Positions 63,833-64,000 of a stretch of DNA of 64,000 nucleotides are shown piece after piece. Position numbers and translations under genes: made by a program. The notes beneath the pieces are model-generated. The model worked only from the letters and a program-made list of their open reading frames with translations, was not told where the DNA came from and did no database searches. This DNA comes from Vicinamibacteraceae bacterium (lineage in GTDB: Bacteria > Acidobacteriota > Vicinamibacteria > Vicinamibacterales > Vicinamibacteraceae): positions 1,115 through 65,114 of the forward strand of contig JBDSLU010000366.1 in NCBI GenBank assembly GCA_039916225.1, read 5' to 3'. Position 1 is the first letter of the stretch; each line of letters begins with the position of its first letter.

Positions 63833-64000
63833 ATGGCCCGTGACGCGTCGCGATCCTCCGCCCGACCCCGGCGCCTGTTCGTGGCGTCGGAGCTGATGCA
63901 TCCCGAATTGACGTCGACGGGCTACTACGTGTCCGCGATCGCCCGCCATCTCGCCGTCGACCGGCCGGTGACGGTCCTGTGCGGCCAGCCGACCTACTCG
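63833..64000 (+). CDS. glycosyltransferase family 4 (WcaI-like), 3-prime partial
   Basis: Not in the ORF track because it runs off the window. It translates to MARDASRSSARPRRLFVASELMHPELTSTGYYVSAIARHLA..., and the STGYY...A..LA pattern is typical of a GT4 N-terminus. Confidence 0.6.
   Translation, partial: MARDASRSSARPRRLFVASELMHPELTSTGYYVSAIARHLAVDRPVTVLCGQPTYS

Overview
This is a 64-kb, roughly 70% GC, densely coding bacterial chromosome segment. Gene content suggests Acidobacteriota: a VWFA-related Acidobacterial-type domain protein, very large LmbE and M14 proteins, a CadC/TPR regulator and several PQQ-like beta-propellers. This assignment is an inference. Layout: (i) 1-7.6 kb is a housekeeping block of S9 peptidase, pyrE, truA, uppS, cdsA, dxr and rseP. 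(ii) 7.6-19.8 kb holds secreted and accessory proteins: a DUF433/DUF5615 TA-like pair, a CadC-TPR regulator, a small HExxH metalloprotease with a truncated paralog, a PP2C phosphatase and an M14 peptidase. (iii) 19.9-28 kb is a co-directional redox-metalloprotein cluster: sodC, a barrel, a cupredoxin-like protein, a sensor kinase, a sigma54 activator, a predicted -24/-12 promoter, a CxxCH lipoprotein, a second barrel and a haem-binding-domain protein. (iv) 28-41 kb is a nitrate-assimilation supercluster. narK, a hemD-like gene, nirD, nirB and nasA diverge from nrtA, nrtB, two ATPases and a porin across a 593-bp AT-rich control region. (v) 41-53 kb holds a POT transporter, a beta-lactamase-like hydrolase, two small unknowns, three PQQ-like propellers and a DUF1593/DUF3224/VOC-dioxygenase operon. 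(vi) 53.2-54.1 kb is an IS200-like Y1 transposase (RAYT) flanked by inverted arrays of a 12-bp palindromic repeat. (vii) 54.1-59 kb holds three tandem HlyD adaptor paralogs plus a MacB-type permease with no ATPase. (viii) 59-64 kb holds a fourth propeller, a GNAT and exopolysaccharide genes. I recognised no rRNA, tRNA, CRISPR, integrase or prophage genes. The signals most worth follow-up are mostly non-coding or structural. They are a 159-nt imperfect-palindrome element present twice, each time just upstream of and co-oriented with a gene; inverted heptad-repeat arrays after rseP; the unusual tandem-12-mer REP architecture around the RAYT; a PP2C gene bracketed by 37-bp direct repeats that duplicate the 3-prime end of the M14 gene; and the triple-adaptor, ATPase-less efflux operon. 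I cannot show that any of these is a new biological system. All functional calls rest on motif recognition by eye, with no database search.
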